Source: an uncultured SAR86 cluster bacterium (GTDB lineage: Bacteria; Pseudomonadota; Gammaproteobacteria; Magnimaribacterales; AG-339-G14). From it: a stretch of 64,000 nt of DNA. Made by a program: the position numbers and the translations under genes. The first letter of the stretch is position 1; the number at the start of each line of letters is the position of its first letter. Below the pieces are notes generated by a model. It was given only the letters and a program-made list of their open reading frames with translations. It was not told the DNA's origin and did no database searches. Shown here piece by piece: positions 52,992-63,721 of this stretch. Location: NCBI GenBank assembly GCA_902525435.1, contig CABZHD010000001.1, positions 100,125 to 164,124 of the forward strand. The letters are read 5' to 3'.

Positions 52992-53819
52992 ATGGAAAAT
53001 AAAGTAAGGTCAATACTAAAAAAGCTGAAAAGAATTCCGAATGCTAATAAACATTCTTTCGGACATGTCTTAGTTGTCGCCGGAAACGAAGGATTTGGTG
53101 GAGCAGGAATTCTTGCATCCACAGCAGCTATATCTTGTGGCGCTGGATTAGTTAGTCTGGCCACTAGATCAGAGAACGTGACTGCAGCCTTAAGCTATTG
53201 TCCAGAGGTAATGGCAAAACCAGTAAACTCAGGTCAAGATTTGGATGATCATTTATTAAAACCTAACGTGCTTTGCATAGGACCAGGACTTGGAACCAAT
53301 GCTTGGTCCGAGCAAGTTCTTTATAAATCTTTGCATGCTGCCAAAAAAAGGAATTTACCCATTTTGATTGATGCAGATGGATTGAACCTATTACCTAAGA
53401 TCTTAGACTTCAAGATTCCCAGAAAAAACTTAATCATCTCTCCTCATGAAGGAGAGGCAACAAGGCTATTAAAAGCTAATAAAATTAGCAGTCAAAAAAA
53501 TAGACAGACTATGGCAAAAAAATTATTTGATCTATATCCAGGCACTGTTGTATTAAAAGGCAAAGAAACAATTGTTTATGATGGAGGCTCTTTTTCAATT
53601 TGCCCGGCTGGCAATCCTGGAATGGCTGTTGGTGGTATGGGAGATGTCTTAAGTGGAATGATTTCAGGTTATTTAGCACAAGGACTGTCTTCTAAGGAAG
53701 CATCTATATTGGGCGTTTTTCACCACGCGGTTGCTTGCGATAGCCTGCAAGAGAATTATGGTCAAAGATCTCTTAGACCAAGTATTCTTCTAGATCATCT
53801 TGTCGATTTAGAGTTGTAA
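52992..53819 (+). CDS. nnrD: ADP-dependent NAD(P)H-hydrate dehydratase (dehydratase domain only)
   Basis: Motifs KHSFGHV, GAGLV, IGPGLG, DADGL, SPHEGE, GGMGDVLSG. Confidence 0.9.
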   Translation: MENKVRSILKKLKRIPNANKHSFGHVLVVAGNEGFGGAGILASTAAISCGAGLVSLATRSENVTAALSYCPEVMAKPVNSGQDLDDHLLKPNVLCIGPGLGTNAWSEQVLYKSLHAAKKRNLPILIDADGLNLLPKILDFKIPRKNLIISPHEGEATRLLKANKISSQKNRQTMAKKLFDLYPGTVVLKGKETIVYDGGSFSICPAGNPGMAVGGMGDVLSGMISGYLAQGLSSKEASILGVFHHAVACDSLQENYGQRSLRPSILLDHLVDLEL

Positions 53820-53843
53820 GTGAGACAAATATTAATATAGACA

Positions 53844-54281
53844 TTGGAAGAATTAATCGGCGAAAAGGAAACTGAGGACAAAGCAAAAAATTTTGCCTCT
53901 TTAATTCAAGGATTTAAAAATTCCCTTCTTATAAACTTGATAGGAAATTTGGGAGCAGGGAAAACAACTTTTGTAAGAGGGTTAATTCAAGAGCTTGGCT
54001 TTGATGAATTTGTAAAAAGTCCAACCTTTACAATAGTAGAGTCATACGAATCTGATAATTTAAAAGTTTTTCATTTTGATTTGTACCGAATTGAAGACGA
54101 TAAAGAACTTCAAGCTATTGGGGTGGAAGATTATTTAACTGAGGAAAATGCCATCACCTTGGTTGAATGGCCAGAAAAATCAAAGAGATATTTTAATAAT
54201 CCTGATTATATTATTGAGTTAAATCATTGCGACAATGATGAAAAGAGGCTGATCAATATCATAAAGGATCTACGTCAATAG
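53844..54281 (+). CDS. tsaE: tRNA t6A biosynthesis ATPase
   Basis: Motifs GNLGAGKTT, VKSPTF, HFDLYR, VEWPE. Confidence 0.94.
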   Translation: MEELIGEKETEDKAKNFASLIQGFKNSLLINLIGNLGAGKTTFVRGLIQELGFDEFVKSPTFTIVESYESDNLKVFHFDLYRIEDDKELQAIGVEDYLTEENAITLVEWPEKSKRYFNNPDYIIELNHCDNDEKRLINIIKDLRQ

Positions 54282-56421
54282 ATAACCTAACTTTGTTGCC
54301 AATAATCTTATGATTTTCTAATACTCTATTGAGAGAGTTGTGTAGCAGAGTTCTATTTTTACTTTTTGCTGAAATTTGCCACCTAAAGATGTTTTTTCTT
54401 TTTTCAATGATGCATGGTTGAGGTCCAATCACATCAATGTGAGGATTTACAAACATGCTTCTAATTTTATTTAATTCTTCTTTGCAAGAGATATAAGAAG
54501 TTGATTCTGTTATTAAATTTATCGAATGATAAAAAGGAGGAAGCTTATTTTGATTTCTGTCTTGAAGAAGATTTTCCGCAAGAGTCTCGTAACTAGAATC
54601 GACAACCTTTTCAAGACTTGGATGCTCAGGCACAAAAGTTTGAATCAATACCTTTCCGGACTTATTGCCTCTTCCTGATCTGCCTGATACTTGTGTGATT
54701 AGTTGATTCATTCTTTCCGTTGCTCTGAAGTCAAGACTGTAGAGGCTGAAATCTCCGTCTAAAATAACTACCAAGGTGATATCTGGGAGGTGATGACCTT
54801 TTGCAAGAATCTGCGTGCCAACTAGAATCATAGGATCTCCTTTTAACGGTTGAGCTAACAAAGTATTCAGATCTTTTTTATATGAAATATCGCTATCTAT
54901 TCTTAAGATGGGGAAATCAGGAAAAATAGTTCTTAAAGACTCCTCTAATTTTTCGGTTCCTGCTCCATAGAAAGATAGCTCGTTGTTTGGACAAACTTTG
55001 CATTCTTGAAAGTAATTTTCAGCATATCCACAATGATGACAAGAGTATTTATTTGTTTGTTTGTGATAGACCATTCTAACGTCACAGTTTGGACAATTAG
55101 GCGACCACCCACATGACTCGCAAACAACTACAGGTGAATAACCTCTTCTGTTTTGAAAGATCATCACTTGATTTCCATTGGTAAGTTCTTTCTTAATTTC
55201 AGCTATCGTATTTGTGGCAAGCCCTGAAATAATTTCTTTACCTCGAAGATCAATTAACTCGAGTTTTGGCTTGCTAGCTTCACTTACTCTTTCCTCAAGT
55301 TTATTCAAAGTATATTTTTTTAGTTTGGCATTATTGAACGACTCAAGGCTTGGAGTTGCAGATGCCAAAACAACAGGACAATCATGCAACTTTGCCTTAT
55401 AAATGGCCGTATCTCTGGCTGAATAACAAGGCATCTCATTTTGTTTATATGAAGAGTCATGCTCTTCATCAACAATAATGAGTCCTAAATCAGGAGTTGA
55501 GGTAAAAATAGAAGATCTTGTGCCTAGGATAATTTTTGCACTTGATGATTGAATTGACTTCCAAGATCTTTGTCTGTCTTTGTTAGACAAAGAAGAATGC
55601 ATTGTGACTACCTTATTTCCAAATCTACTTTTAAGTGATTTTTCTAAAGATCCGGTCAAGCCAATCTCGGGAACCAAGACTGCAACTTGTTTATGATTTT
55701 CTAATACATCTCTAACAATATGCATGTACGTTTCAGTCTTACCACTTCCAGTGACGCCGAATAAAAGATGCACCTTAAAAGATCCTAAAGATTCTTTGAA
55801 AGACTCATAGGCTGCCTTTTGCTCGTTGTTTAGTTCAAGAAAGTTTTCTGTAGTTTCGTATTGAATTTCTTCTTTATATTTGATTTTCTTTTTAGAAATA
55901 AGCTCTTTCTTTATAAGCTCTCTAAGAATTCTCGAGTCATATGAAATACTCTTCAAGCCATGACGTGTGGCTGTTTTTTCTTTTCTGAAATAAGACAACA
56001 TTTCAAGTTGCTTAGGAGATTTTTTTAATAGATCTTCGCTGTAAAATTCTCCTTTTTGAGTAAGCTCAAAAATCTCTTGCTCATCCGGAATTTCAATCTC
56101 CTTTCTCATTGAAGGAGGGAAGAAAAGCTTAGCCACCTCTCCTATTGGAGTTTTATAGTAATTTGATAGCCATGAAATTAACTCAATATCTTTTTTGTTT
56201 AGTAATTCCTTATCATCTAAAACAGAATCAATAGACTTTAGATCCTTTTGAAAATTAGGTTTTGTAGATGAAGAAATCACAACTCCAATTAAAGATCTTG
56301 AACCAAAAGAAACCTTTACTCTGGTTCCAGGGAGGATTTGGTTTTTACTGAGATATGAAAAACTGCTCCTTACAGGTACTGGAACAGCTACTTCTACAAC
56401 ATTGTATTCAGAATCTTTCAT
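54259..56421 (-). CDS. priA: Primosomal protein N'
   Basis: Motifs GVTGSGKTE, DEEH, SATPS, NRRGY, CxxC array, QVSGRSGR. Confidence 0.96.
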   Translation of the reverse strand: MKDSEYNVVEVAVPVPVRSSFSYLSKNQILPGTRVKVSFGSRSLIGVVISSSTKPNFQKDLKSIDSVLDDKELLNKKDIELISWLSNYYKTPIGEVAKLFFPPSMRKEIEIPDEQEIFELTQKGEFYSEDLLKKSPKQLEMLSYFRKEKTATRHGLKSISYDSRILRELIKKELISKKKIKYKEEIQYETTENFLELNNEQKAAYESFKESLGSFKVHLLFGVTGSGKTETYMHIVRDVLENHKQVAVLVPEIGLTGSLEKSLKSRFGNKVVTMHSSLSNKDRQRSWKSIQSSSAKIILGTRSSIFTSTPDLGLIIVDEEHDSSYKQNEMPCYSARDTAIYKAKLHDCPVVLASATPSLESFNNAKLKKYTLNKLEERVSEASKPKLELIDLRGKEIISGLATNTIAEIKKELTNGNQVMIFQNRRGYSPVVVCESCGWSPNCPNCDVRMVYHKQTNKYSCHHCGYAENYFQECKVCPNNELSFYGAGTEKLEESLRTIFPDFPILRIDSDISYKKDLNTLLAQPLKGDPMILVGTQILAKGHHLPDITLVVILDGDFSLYSLDFRATERMNQLITQVSGRSGRGNKSGKVLIQTFVPEHPSLEKVVDSSYETLAENLLQDRNQNKLPPFYHSINLITESTSYISCKEELNKIRSMFVNPHIDVIGPQPCIIEKRKNIFRWQISAKSKNRTLLHNSLNRVLENHKIIGNKVRLSIDVDPL

Positions 56422-56424
56422 GTA

Positions 56425-56458
56425 TTGATAATAAAAACTTCTCTGGTATCATGCCGTC
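56425..56458 (+). promoter_or_regulatory. Putative L31 promoter overlapping the divergent priA -10 box
   Basis: TTGATA, 16-nt spacer, TATCAT with extended TG, then GC-rich GCCGTC. The opposite strand has TATTAT 6 nt before the priA ATG. Confidence 0.55.
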
Positions 56459-56481
56459 ACTAAATTTATTAAGCAAACAAA

Positions 56482-56907
56482 GTGAAAAGAGACATTCATC
56501 CAGAATACAGAGAAGTACTTTTTCATGATACAAGTGTAGATCAGTACTTTCTTATTCCTTCGACCATTCAAACGGATCAAACAAAAGAATGGGAAGGAAA
56601 ATCTTATCCCTATTGTCCGCTCGATATATCTTCTGCTTCTCATCCATTTTATACAGGTAAGCATAAATTAGTTGATACAGGTGGAAGAGTTGATAAATTC
56701 AATAAAAGATTCAGAAAACCTTCATCTAAAGCTAAATCAGAGGAATCTCCTGTAGTTGAAGAAGCAGCAGTTGAGACTCCTGTAGTTGAAGAAGCAGCAG
56801 CTGAGACTCCTGTAGTTGAAGAGGTAGCAGTTGAGACTCCTGTAGTTGAAGAAGCAGCAGCTGAGACCCCTTCTGGAGATGAATCTGCAGAAGAACCTAA
56901 GTCTTAA
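56482..56907 (+). CDS. rpmE2: 50S ribosomal protein L31 type B with acidic repeat tail
   Basis: Motifs [31 protein letters not shown]; no Zn-binding CxxC pairs. Confidence 0.93.
   Translation: MKRDIHPEYREVLFHDTSVDQYFLIPSTIQTDQTKEWEGKSYPYCPLDISSASHPFYTGKHKLVDTGGRVDKFNKRFRKPSSKAKSEESPVVEEAAVETPVVEEAAAETPVVEEVAVETPVVEEAAAETPSGDESAEEPKS
56747..56866 (+). repeat. Four 30-bp coding tandem repeats ([10 protein letters not shown]-type)
   Basis: Unit CTCCTGTAGTTGAAGAAGCAGCAG(T/C)TGAGA repeated four times with 1-2 substitutions. Confidence 0.95.
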
Positions 56908-56950
56908 TTAAAATTTATAAATCAGTTACTTTGATAATTCATCTCGTTAC

Positions 56951-58738
56951 ATGAATTCGGAAAATATTAGAAATATTGCAATTATTGCTCATGTTGATCA
57001 TGGAAAAACTACACTCGTAGACAAGCTTCTAGAGCAATCTGGAACTTTAGATAGAAAGGATTTAGGATCAGAAAGATTGATGGATTCTTTCGATCAAGAG
57101 AAGGAAAGAGGCATCACTATACTTGCCAAAAATACTGCTATTAATTGGAAAGATTACAAAATAAATATTGTAGATACTCCAGGTCATGCTGATTTTGGTG
57201 GAGAAGTGGAAAGAATTCTAACCATGGTTGATTCAGTTCTACTTTTAGTAGATGCAGTTGACGGACCAATGCCTCAAACAAGATTTGTTACTGAAAAGGC
57301 TTTTGAACAAGGTCTTAATCCAATATTGCTGATTAATAAAATTGATAGAGATGGTGCAAGGCCAGATTGGGTATTAGATCAGGTTTTTGATTTATTCGAT
57401 CGTCTAGGCGGTAATGATGAACAAATGGATTTCGATGTTATTTATACATCTGCTTTAAATGGAGTTGCTGGATTAGAGCCTGATGAGATTAAAGAAGATA
57501 TGTCTCCTTTATTGGACTTAATAATTGAAAAAGTCCCTTCTCCAAAAGTTGATGTGAGTAAGCCTTTTCAAATGCAAATCAGTGCATTAGATAGTAATGA
57601 ATATGTTGGCGTAATAGGCATTGGAAGAATTAAAGCTGGAAAAATTAAACCCAATGATCCAGTAGTTATTATTGATTCAGATAAAGAAGAAAGAAAAGGT
57701 AAAGTTCTACAAGTGATGAGTCACAGAGGCTTAGAAAGAATTGAGGTATCTGAGGCAGATGCAGGAGATATTGTTTGCGTTTCAGGAATTGAGAAACTCT
57801 TCATCTCAGATACTTTATGCTCTCCTGAAAATATATCTTCACTTCCTCCTCTAAAAGTAGATGAGCCAACCGTAAGCATGACTTTTCAAGTAAATGATTC
57901 TCCATTTGCTGGTCAAGATGGAAAATTTGTTACATCAAGGAACATAAAAGAACGATTAGAACAAGAATTACTCAGTAATGTTGCATTAAGGGTTAAGCAA
58001 GGAGACTCGCCTGATAAATTTATTGTATCCGGCAGAGGAGAACTTCATTTATCAGTTCTCATAGAAAGCATGAGAAGAGATGGATTTGAGCTTGGAGTCT
58101 CCAAGCCTGAAGTTATTCAAAAAGAAATCAATGGCGAAATCCATGAGCCTTATGAACAAGTAGTGATCGATATTGAAGAGGAGTTTCAAGGATCAATCAT
58201 GGAAGAGATGGGTCTAAGAAAAGCAGAATTAAGAGATATGGTTCCGGATGGTAAGGGAAGATTAAAACTAGAATTTTTGGCTCCCTCAAGAGGTATTATT
58301 GGTTTTAGGTCTCAATTTTTAACTTTAACAAGCGGGACCGGGATTTTTACAAGCGTATTTGAAAAATACGACAAAGCGAAAACAAATGAACTTAAGAATA
58401 GACAAAATGGTGTCTTAGTTTCCATGGCGGCTGGAAAAACACTTGCCTATTCATTATTTAATCTGCAAAACAGGGGAAAATTATTTGTTGGTCATGGTAC
58501 AGATGTATACAAAGGACAAATTGTAGGCTTGCATTCTAGAGATAATGATCTACCAGTAAATCCTACAAAAGCAAAACAATTGACAAATATAAGGGCAGCG
58601 GGAACGGATGAAAATTTAATCCTGACCCCGCATATAAATCATTCCTTAGAGCAAGCATTGGAGTTTATTGAAGAAGATGAGCTGGTGGAGGTTACTCCAA
58701 GCCATCTTAGGCTGAGAAAAAAAGAATTTACCTTCTAA
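56951..58738 (+). CDS. typA: Translational GTPase TypA/BipA
   Basis: Motifs AHVDHGKTT, ERGITILAKN, DTPGHADF, GRGELHL, EDELVEVTP. Confidence 0.97.
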   Translation: MNSENIRNIAIIAHVDHGKTTLVDKLLEQSGTLDRKDLGSERLMDSFDQEKERGITILAKNTAINWKDYKINIVDTPGHADFGGEVERILTMVDSVLLLVDAVDGPMPQTRFVTEKAFEQGLNPILLINKIDRDGARPDWVLDQVFDLFDRLGGNDEQMDFDVIYTSALNGVAGLEPDEIKEDMSPLLDLIIEKVPSPKVDVSKPFQMQISALDSNEYVGVIGIGRIKAGKIKPNDPVVIIDSDKEERKGKVLQVMSHRGLERIEVSEADAGDIVCVSGIEKLFISDTLCSPENISSLPPLKVDEPTVSMTFQVNDSPFAGQDGKFVTSRNIKERLEQELLSNVALRVKQGDSPDKFIVSGRGELHLSVLIESMRRDGFELGVSKPEVIQKEINGEIHEPYEQVVIDIEEEFQGSIMEEMGLRKAELRDMVPDGKGRLKLEFLAPSRGIIGFRSQFLTLTSGTGIFTSVFEKYDKAKTNELKNRQNGVLVSMAAGKTLAYSLFNLQNRGKLFVGHGTDVYKGQIVGLHSRDNDLPVNPTKAKQLTNIRAAGTDENLILTPHINHSLEQALEFIEEDELVEVTPSHLRLRKKEFTF

Positions 58739-58743
58739 GCTAA

Positions 58744-59289
58744 CTAGAAGCCAGAGGATCCAAAACCTTTGTCTCCTCTCTCTGACGATGAAAACTCTTT
58801 CACGATTGAAAAATTAGGATTCATAATCGGCAAGAAAATCATTTGAGCAATCCTTGCCCCAGGTTCAACTGTGAATGTTTCATCAGATCTATTCCATAAA
58901 GAAACCATGATCTCTCCTTGATAATCCGAATCAATTAATCCAATCAAGTTACCTAAAACTATACCGTGCTTATGACCTAAACCAGATCTTGGAAGAATGA
59001 AAGCAGCATAATCAGGATTATCTATATGAATACTAAAGCCGGTAGGCACTAATACGGAGTCGTTTGGATTGATGAAAATATCTTCTTCAATGCATGCACA
59101 TAAATCTAGGCCAGCAGAACCAGCAGTCTGAAAGGTGGGCAATGGAAATTCTTTACCTAACCTTTCATTAAGAATCTTAAATTTTACATTTAACGGTAAA
59201 TTAGATTCCTTTTGATTTTTACCTGTGAAAGTTTTAATGATGTCAGGCAAAAGGAAGCCCAAAATTCTAACCAATAACCATCTAATCAC
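58744..59289 (-). CDS. dut: dUTPase with N-terminal extension
   Basis: Motifs [35 protein letters not shown]. Confidence 0.94.
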   Translation of the reverse strand: MIRWLLVRILGFLLPDIIKTFTGKNQKESNLPLNVKFKILNERLGKEFPLPTFQTAGSAGLDLCACIEEDIFINPNDSVLVPTGFSIHIDNPDYAAFILPRSGLGHKHGIVLGNLIGLIDSDYQGEIMVSLWNRSDETFTVEPGARIAQMIFLPIMNPNFSIVKEFSSSERGDKGFGSSGF

Positions 59290-60485
59290 TTTAAATTATC
59301 GGATATATATTTGATTATTTCTCTTGAAACTTTCTCTTTCGTAGATTTATTGATTTTCCTTGAATTTTTTTCTGAGATTAAATGCACTTCGTTATCATCG
59401 GAATCAAATCCAATCTCAGCATTTGAGACATCGTTTGCAATGATCAGATCAAGTTCTTTTTCAGAAAGTTTGAGTTTAGCATTATCAAGAACATTCTCAG
59501 TTTCAGCAGCAAACCCAATTACCTTCTTATTTGGATGAGCTTTTTTAACACTCGCCACAATGTCAGGATTTTCTTCTAAAAGAATGTTGTTTGCATCGAG
59601 TATCTGTTGTTTTTTGATTTTTTGATTTGAAGGATGAGATGGCTTGATGTCACAAACTGCAGCGGTTGCAATGAAAATATCTATCTCATCTATCATTTCA
59701 TTTACTTTGTCATACATTTGTTTTGCAGTTTCAACATCATGTCTGAATATTCTTTCAGGAGTGGGTAAATTGACTGGCCCGGATATCAAACTAACAAAAG
59801 CGCCTTCATCACAAGCTGCTTCAGCTAAAGCAAAGCCCATTTTCCCTGAACTACGGTTTGATATGAATCTAACAGGGTCAATCATCTCACGCGTTGGTCC
59901 TGCAGTGATAAGGATTTTTTTTCCTGCCAATAGACCTTTACTAAAGTTCAGTGAAACTTGTTGAATTATATCCGATGGCTCTGTCATTCTTCCTGGGCCG
60001 GTGTCACCACAAGCTTGGGTTCCAATATCTGGGCCAATAAAAATAAAGTTTTTTTCTGCAAGAGTGGATATATTGTTTTGTGTCGCGCCATCTCTCCACA
60101 TGGCCTGATTCATTGCAGGAGCAACAAAAATTGGTGCATCAGTAGATAGAGCAACCGCACTAAGAAGATCGTCGCCTCTGCCTAAAGCTAGTTTTGCAAT
60201 TGAGTCGGCTGTGCATGGTGCTATGACAATGATATCTGACCACCTAGCCAATTCTATATGTCCCATTGCAGCTTCAGCTCCAGGATCAAGAAGATCAGAA
60301 TGAATTGGGTTGCCGGAAAGAGCCTGCATAGTTAAAGGTGTAATAAATTCCTGAGCGGATTTAGTCATCAAAACCCTCACGTCGGAACCAGAGTTTTTGA
60401 ATAACCTAACTAATTCAGCAGATTTGTAGGCAGCAATGCCACCAGTCACGCACAAGAGAACCCTTTTATTTATTAGCTGATCCAT
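59286..60485 (-). CDS. coaBC: Phosphopantothenoylcysteine decarboxylase/ligase
   Basis: Motifs [40 protein letters not shown]. Confidence 0.96.
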   Translation of the reverse strand: MDQLINKRVLLCVTGGIAAYKSAELVRLFKNSGSDVRVLMTKSAQEFITPLTMQALSGNPIHSDLLDPGAEAAMGHIELARWSDIIVIAPCTADSIAKLALGRGDDLLSAVALSTDAPIFVAPAMNQAMWRDGATQNNISTLAEKNFIFIGPDIGTQACGDTGPGRMTEPSDIIQQVSLNFSKGLLAGKKILITAGPTREMIDPVRFISNRSSGKMGFALAEAACDEGAFVSLISGPVNLPTPERIFRHDVETAKQMYDKVNEMIDEIDIFIATAAVCDIKPSHPSNQKIKKQQILDANNILLEENPDIVASVKKAHPNKKVIGFAAETENVLDNAKLKLSEKELDLIIANDVSNAEIGFDSDDNEVHLISEKNSRKINKSTKEKVSREIIKYISDNLK

Positions 60486-60568
60486 AATGCGAAATATAAC
60501 TTAGATAGGTTTTCATAACCATTAGTTTCTGGTATAAATCGTGCCTCAGATTTATAAAAAATATAGTT

Positions 60569-60805
60569 ATGTCAAAAGTTTGTCAGGTAACAGGAAAAAA
60601 GCCAATGGCAGGAAACAATGTTTCCAAGGCATTAAACAGAACGAAAAGAAGGTTTTTGCCCAATCTTAATCAACATAAATTTTGGGTTGAATCTGAAAAT
60701 AAATACGTTTCTCTAACTGTTTCCTCAAAAGGGATGAGAATTATTGATAAGAAAGGAATTGATGAAGTGTTAAAAGACATTAGATCAAGAGGAGAAAAAA
60801 TATGA
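60569..60805 (+). CDS. rpmB: 50S ribosomal protein L28
   Basis: Motifs [24 protein letters not shown]. Confidence 0.96.
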   Translation: MSKVCQVTGKKPMAGNNVSKALNRTKRRFLPNLNQHKFWVESENKYVSLTVSSKGMRIIDKKGIDEVLKDIRSRGEKI

Positions 60806-60957
60806 GAGAAAAAATTAAGTTAGTATCTTCTGCCGGAACAGGACACTTTTACACTACGGATAAAAATAAAACTTCAACTCCAGATAAGATTGAAATGATG
60901 AAGTTCGATCCAAAAATTAGAAAAAGAGTTATCTACAAAGAAGAAAAAATTAAATAG
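60802..60957 (+). CDS. rpmG: 50S ribosomal protein L33 (below the ORF track cutoff)
   Basis: Manual translation [51 protein letters not shown]; ATGA overlap with rpmB. Confidence 0.96.
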   Translation: MREKIKLVSSAGTGHFYTTDKNKTSTPDKIEMMKFDPKIRKRVIYKEEKIK

Positions 60958-61574
60958 TGACTATTTCAGGCTTATACCTAGCCTCTAAATCTCCCCGAAG
61001 AAAAAATATCCTTAATCAATTGATGGTTGATTTCGAAGTTCTTGAAATTGACGTTGATGAAGATGAGATGCAAGACGAGGGTCCTCAAGAATATCTTGAC
61101 CGAATAGTAAAATCTAAAGTCACAGCAGCTGGAAATAAAATACTGCAAGAAAATTTAACTCTTAAGCCTTTTTTAGTGGCCGATACGGTGGTTAGTCATA
61201 AAAATAAAATTTTTGGAAACCCAACTACCAAAGATCATGCTCATAGAATGTTGAAAGAATTATCCGGAACCACTCATACCGTAACAACAGGAATAGCTTT
61301 AGGTCATATCTCTGAATCAAAAGAAATAAAGTTTGTTCAGAATCATTCTCACACAGTTGTAGAAATGAAATCTCTATCTGCAAAGGAGATCGAGAGATAT
61401 ATCTTAACTGAAGAACCAATGGACAAGGCTGGCGGTTATGGCATTCAGGGATTAGGTGCTTCCTTTGTTAAAGGTATTGGTGGTTGTTACTTCAATGTTG
61501 TGGGTTTACCAATTCAAGAAACCTGCCTACTTTTAGATGACTTAAATATCTCCTATTGGTCAAACAAAGATTAA
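60957..61574 (+). CDS. maf: Maf family nucleotide pyrophosphatase (YhdE-type)
   Basis: Motifs LASKSPRR, ADTVV, EPMDKAGGYGIQG, NVVGLP. Confidence 0.92.
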   Translation: MTISGLYLASKSPRRKNILNQLMVDFEVLEIDVDEDEMQDEGPQEYLDRIVKSKVTAAGNKILQENLTLKPFLVADTVVSHKNKIFGNPTTKDHAHRMLKELSGTTHTVTTGIALGHISESKEIKFVQNHSHTVVEMKSLSAKEIERYILTEEPMDKAGGYGIQGLGASFVKGIGGCYFNVVGLPIQETCLLLDDLNISYWSNKD

Positions 61575-61597
61575 ATTTTTATTGATATGATGCCTTG

Positions 61598-63130
61598 ATG
61601 GTGATCATAAAATCATTTACAGCGACTGTAATCGGCGGACTCTTGGTTCTTTCTTTTGAACCATTTGATTTATGGTACCTAAGTCCATTTTTTTTGGCAG
61701 GTTTATGGAGACTGCTAGTTCTTGAGTCACCCAAAAATACTTTTGTAATAAGTTTTTTCTTTGGCTTGAGCCTTTGGATACTTGGAGCTGGTTGGGTTGA
61801 AAACAGTATAGTTAATTACGGAGGAGCTTCGAAGCTCGCTGCTTATACTTTTGTTTTTTTGATCGCATCTTTTTTGAGTATTTTTCAAGCAACAAGTTTC
61901 TTTTTCATGAGTTTATTTCGTCTCAATGATTACCGCAGATTGATTCTAGCTTTCCCTATATTTTATGTTTTCGGAGAATATTTGAGAGAATTTTTGTTCA
62001 CAGGATTGCCTTGGTTATATGTTGGATATTCAAGCTTAAATAATTTTTTCCTTAATGGTTATATTCCAGTCATAGGTGTTTTTGGAATGTCATTTTTAAT
62101 ATGTCTGTTTGCAAGCCTGCTAGGCTCTGTGATCTTTTTTCAAAAATTAAGAAAATCACATTTATTTTTGAGTTTGGTCTTTATGAGTATGTTTGCTCTC
62201 AACGCAACTTGGTTATCAACTAAATCTTGGACAGAAAAGACCTCCAGTTTTCAGGCAATTATTGTTCAGCCAAATATCGATGTTCTTGAAAAGTGGAGTC
62301 GAGATGGTCAGGTAAAATCTAGAAACTATTTTTCTAAGGTATTTTTTGATGAGCTTATCGGTAATGAAAACTCGCAAGAAAAAATTATATTTTTTTGGCC
62401 AGAAGTATCTTTGCCAGGGTTGTTTTCTAGATTTGAAATTTTTTTAAAAGGGTTATCAGGCACCTTAAAACTAGCTAACGCAGGTGCAGTAGTCGGAATG
62501 CTTGATGAAAAAAAGGATGAAGGTTATGTGAATTCTTTAAAAGGTATAGGCATTTTACAAGGGAATTACGAAAAGAAACGTCTCGTTCCTTTTGGGGAAT
62601 ATCTACCTATGGGTGATCTATCAGGTTATTTATTTAATCTCTTTCAATTAGATAGGCCTAATATTGTCAAAGGAGATAATAACTCTTTCATTTCTGGAGA
62701 TGGCCTCAAAATAGGAAGCAGTATTTGTTATGAGATTGCTTATCAAGATGATGTAGCTTTTCAAGCAAAAAATTCAGATGTGATATTTTCAGCTAGTAAC
62801 GATAACTGGTTCGGAACCACCATAGGTCCACATCAGCATCTTCAGATTGCCAGATATCGAGCTGCAGAAAATCAAAAGCCTCTCTTACGCAGTACTTCTA
62901 CCGGTATATCAGCTGCAATAAATTTCCGTGGAGAAGTTATTGAACAAATTCCTACATTCGTAAACTTTAATAATAAAAATGAGTCATATGATGGTCAGAT
63001 TTTGAAAGTTAAAATCAACGCAAGAAGTGGCTCAACGCCATATAACGAGAATGGAAAATATCCATTTCTTTATTTAATTTTATTTATTTTTATTGCCCAA
63101 ATTTTAAGAAGGTTTATATTTGATAAATGA
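61598..63130 (+). CDS. lnt: Apolipoprotein N-acyltransferase
   Basis: Multiple TM helices; motifs TGLPW, QPNI, WPE, KRLVPFGEY, ICYE, NDNWFG. Confidence 0.94.
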   Translation: MVIIKSFTATVIGGLLVLSFEPFDLWYLSPFFLAGLWRLLVLESPKNTFVISFFFGLSLWILGAGWVENSIVNYGGASKLAAYTFVFLIASFLSIFQATSFFFMSLFRLNDYRRLILAFPIFYVFGEYLREFLFTGLPWLYVGYSSLNNFFLNGYIPVIGVFGMSFLICLFASLLGSVIFFQKLRKSHLFLSLVFMSMFALNATWLSTKSWTEKTSSFQAIIVQPNIDVLEKWSRDGQVKSRNYFSKVFFDELIGNENSQEKIIFFWPEVSLPGLFSRFEIFLKGLSGTLKLANAGAVVGMLDEKKDEGYVNSLKGIGILQGNYEKKRLVPFGEYLPMGDLSGYLFNLFQLDRPNIVKGDNNSFISGDGLKIGSSICYEIAYQDDVAFQAKNSDVIFSASNDNWFGTTIGPHQHLQIARYRAAENQKPLLRSTSTGISAAINFRGEVIEQIPTFVNFNNKNESYDGQILKVKINARSGSTPYNENGKYPFLYLILFIFIAQILRRFIFDK

Positions 63131-63708
63131 GAATTGTTTCACTGATATCAGTATTTTTGTTATTTTCTTGTTCGACCATGTTGCTAGATAAAAAAAAATA
63201 TAACTATGAGGAACTTCAAAATGAAAGGTCTTTTATACATATCGACCTAAACGAGCAAAAATTATATTATCAAGACGGTAATCGAGTTATCGACTTTCCT
63301 ATTTCATCATCCAGCTACGGTATTGGCAGCGAAGAAAATTCTTTCAAGACCCCCCTCGGACTTCACGAAATATCTGAAAAAATAGGAAACGATCTACCTT
63401 TGGGGGCTGTGATGAAAGGTAGAATTTGGAATCAGGAAATCATTGAGCCGATTATTGAAGATATCGATATTGAAGAGGACGTTATTACTTCAAGAATTAT
63501 GTGGCTTGATGGCTTAGAACCAGGGAAAAACAAAGGATCCGGGATAGATTCGAAAGCTAGATACATCTACATTCATGGAACTGCAGAGGAAGGACTCATT
63601 GGAAGACCTGCTTCGTTGGGTTGCATCAGAATGATTAATAAGGATGTAATAAGGTTATTTGATTTAGTAGAGGTAGGAACCAAGGTATTGATTTATTCCC
63701 AATCGTAA
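63127..63708 (+). CDS. L,D-transpeptidase family (YkuD) lipoprotein
   Basis: Lipobox LFSC; motifs TPLG, IYIHGT...PASLGCIRM. Confidence 0.88.
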   Translation: MRIVSLISVFLLFSCSTMLLDKKKYNYEELQNERSFIHIDLNEQKLYYQDGNRVIDFPISSSSYGIGSEENSFKTPLGLHEISEKIGNDLPLGAVMKGRIWNQEIIEPIIEDIDIEEDVITSRIMWLDGLEPGKNKGSGIDSKARYIYIHGTAEEGLIGRPASLGCIRMINKDVIRLFDLVEVGTKVLIYSQS

Positions 63709-63721
63709 CCAAATATGATTT

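Noticed and set aside
56747-56866. 30-bp repeats as a CRISPR array
   Set aside because: There are no spacers, the repeats are in-frame coding sequence, and no cas genes are present.
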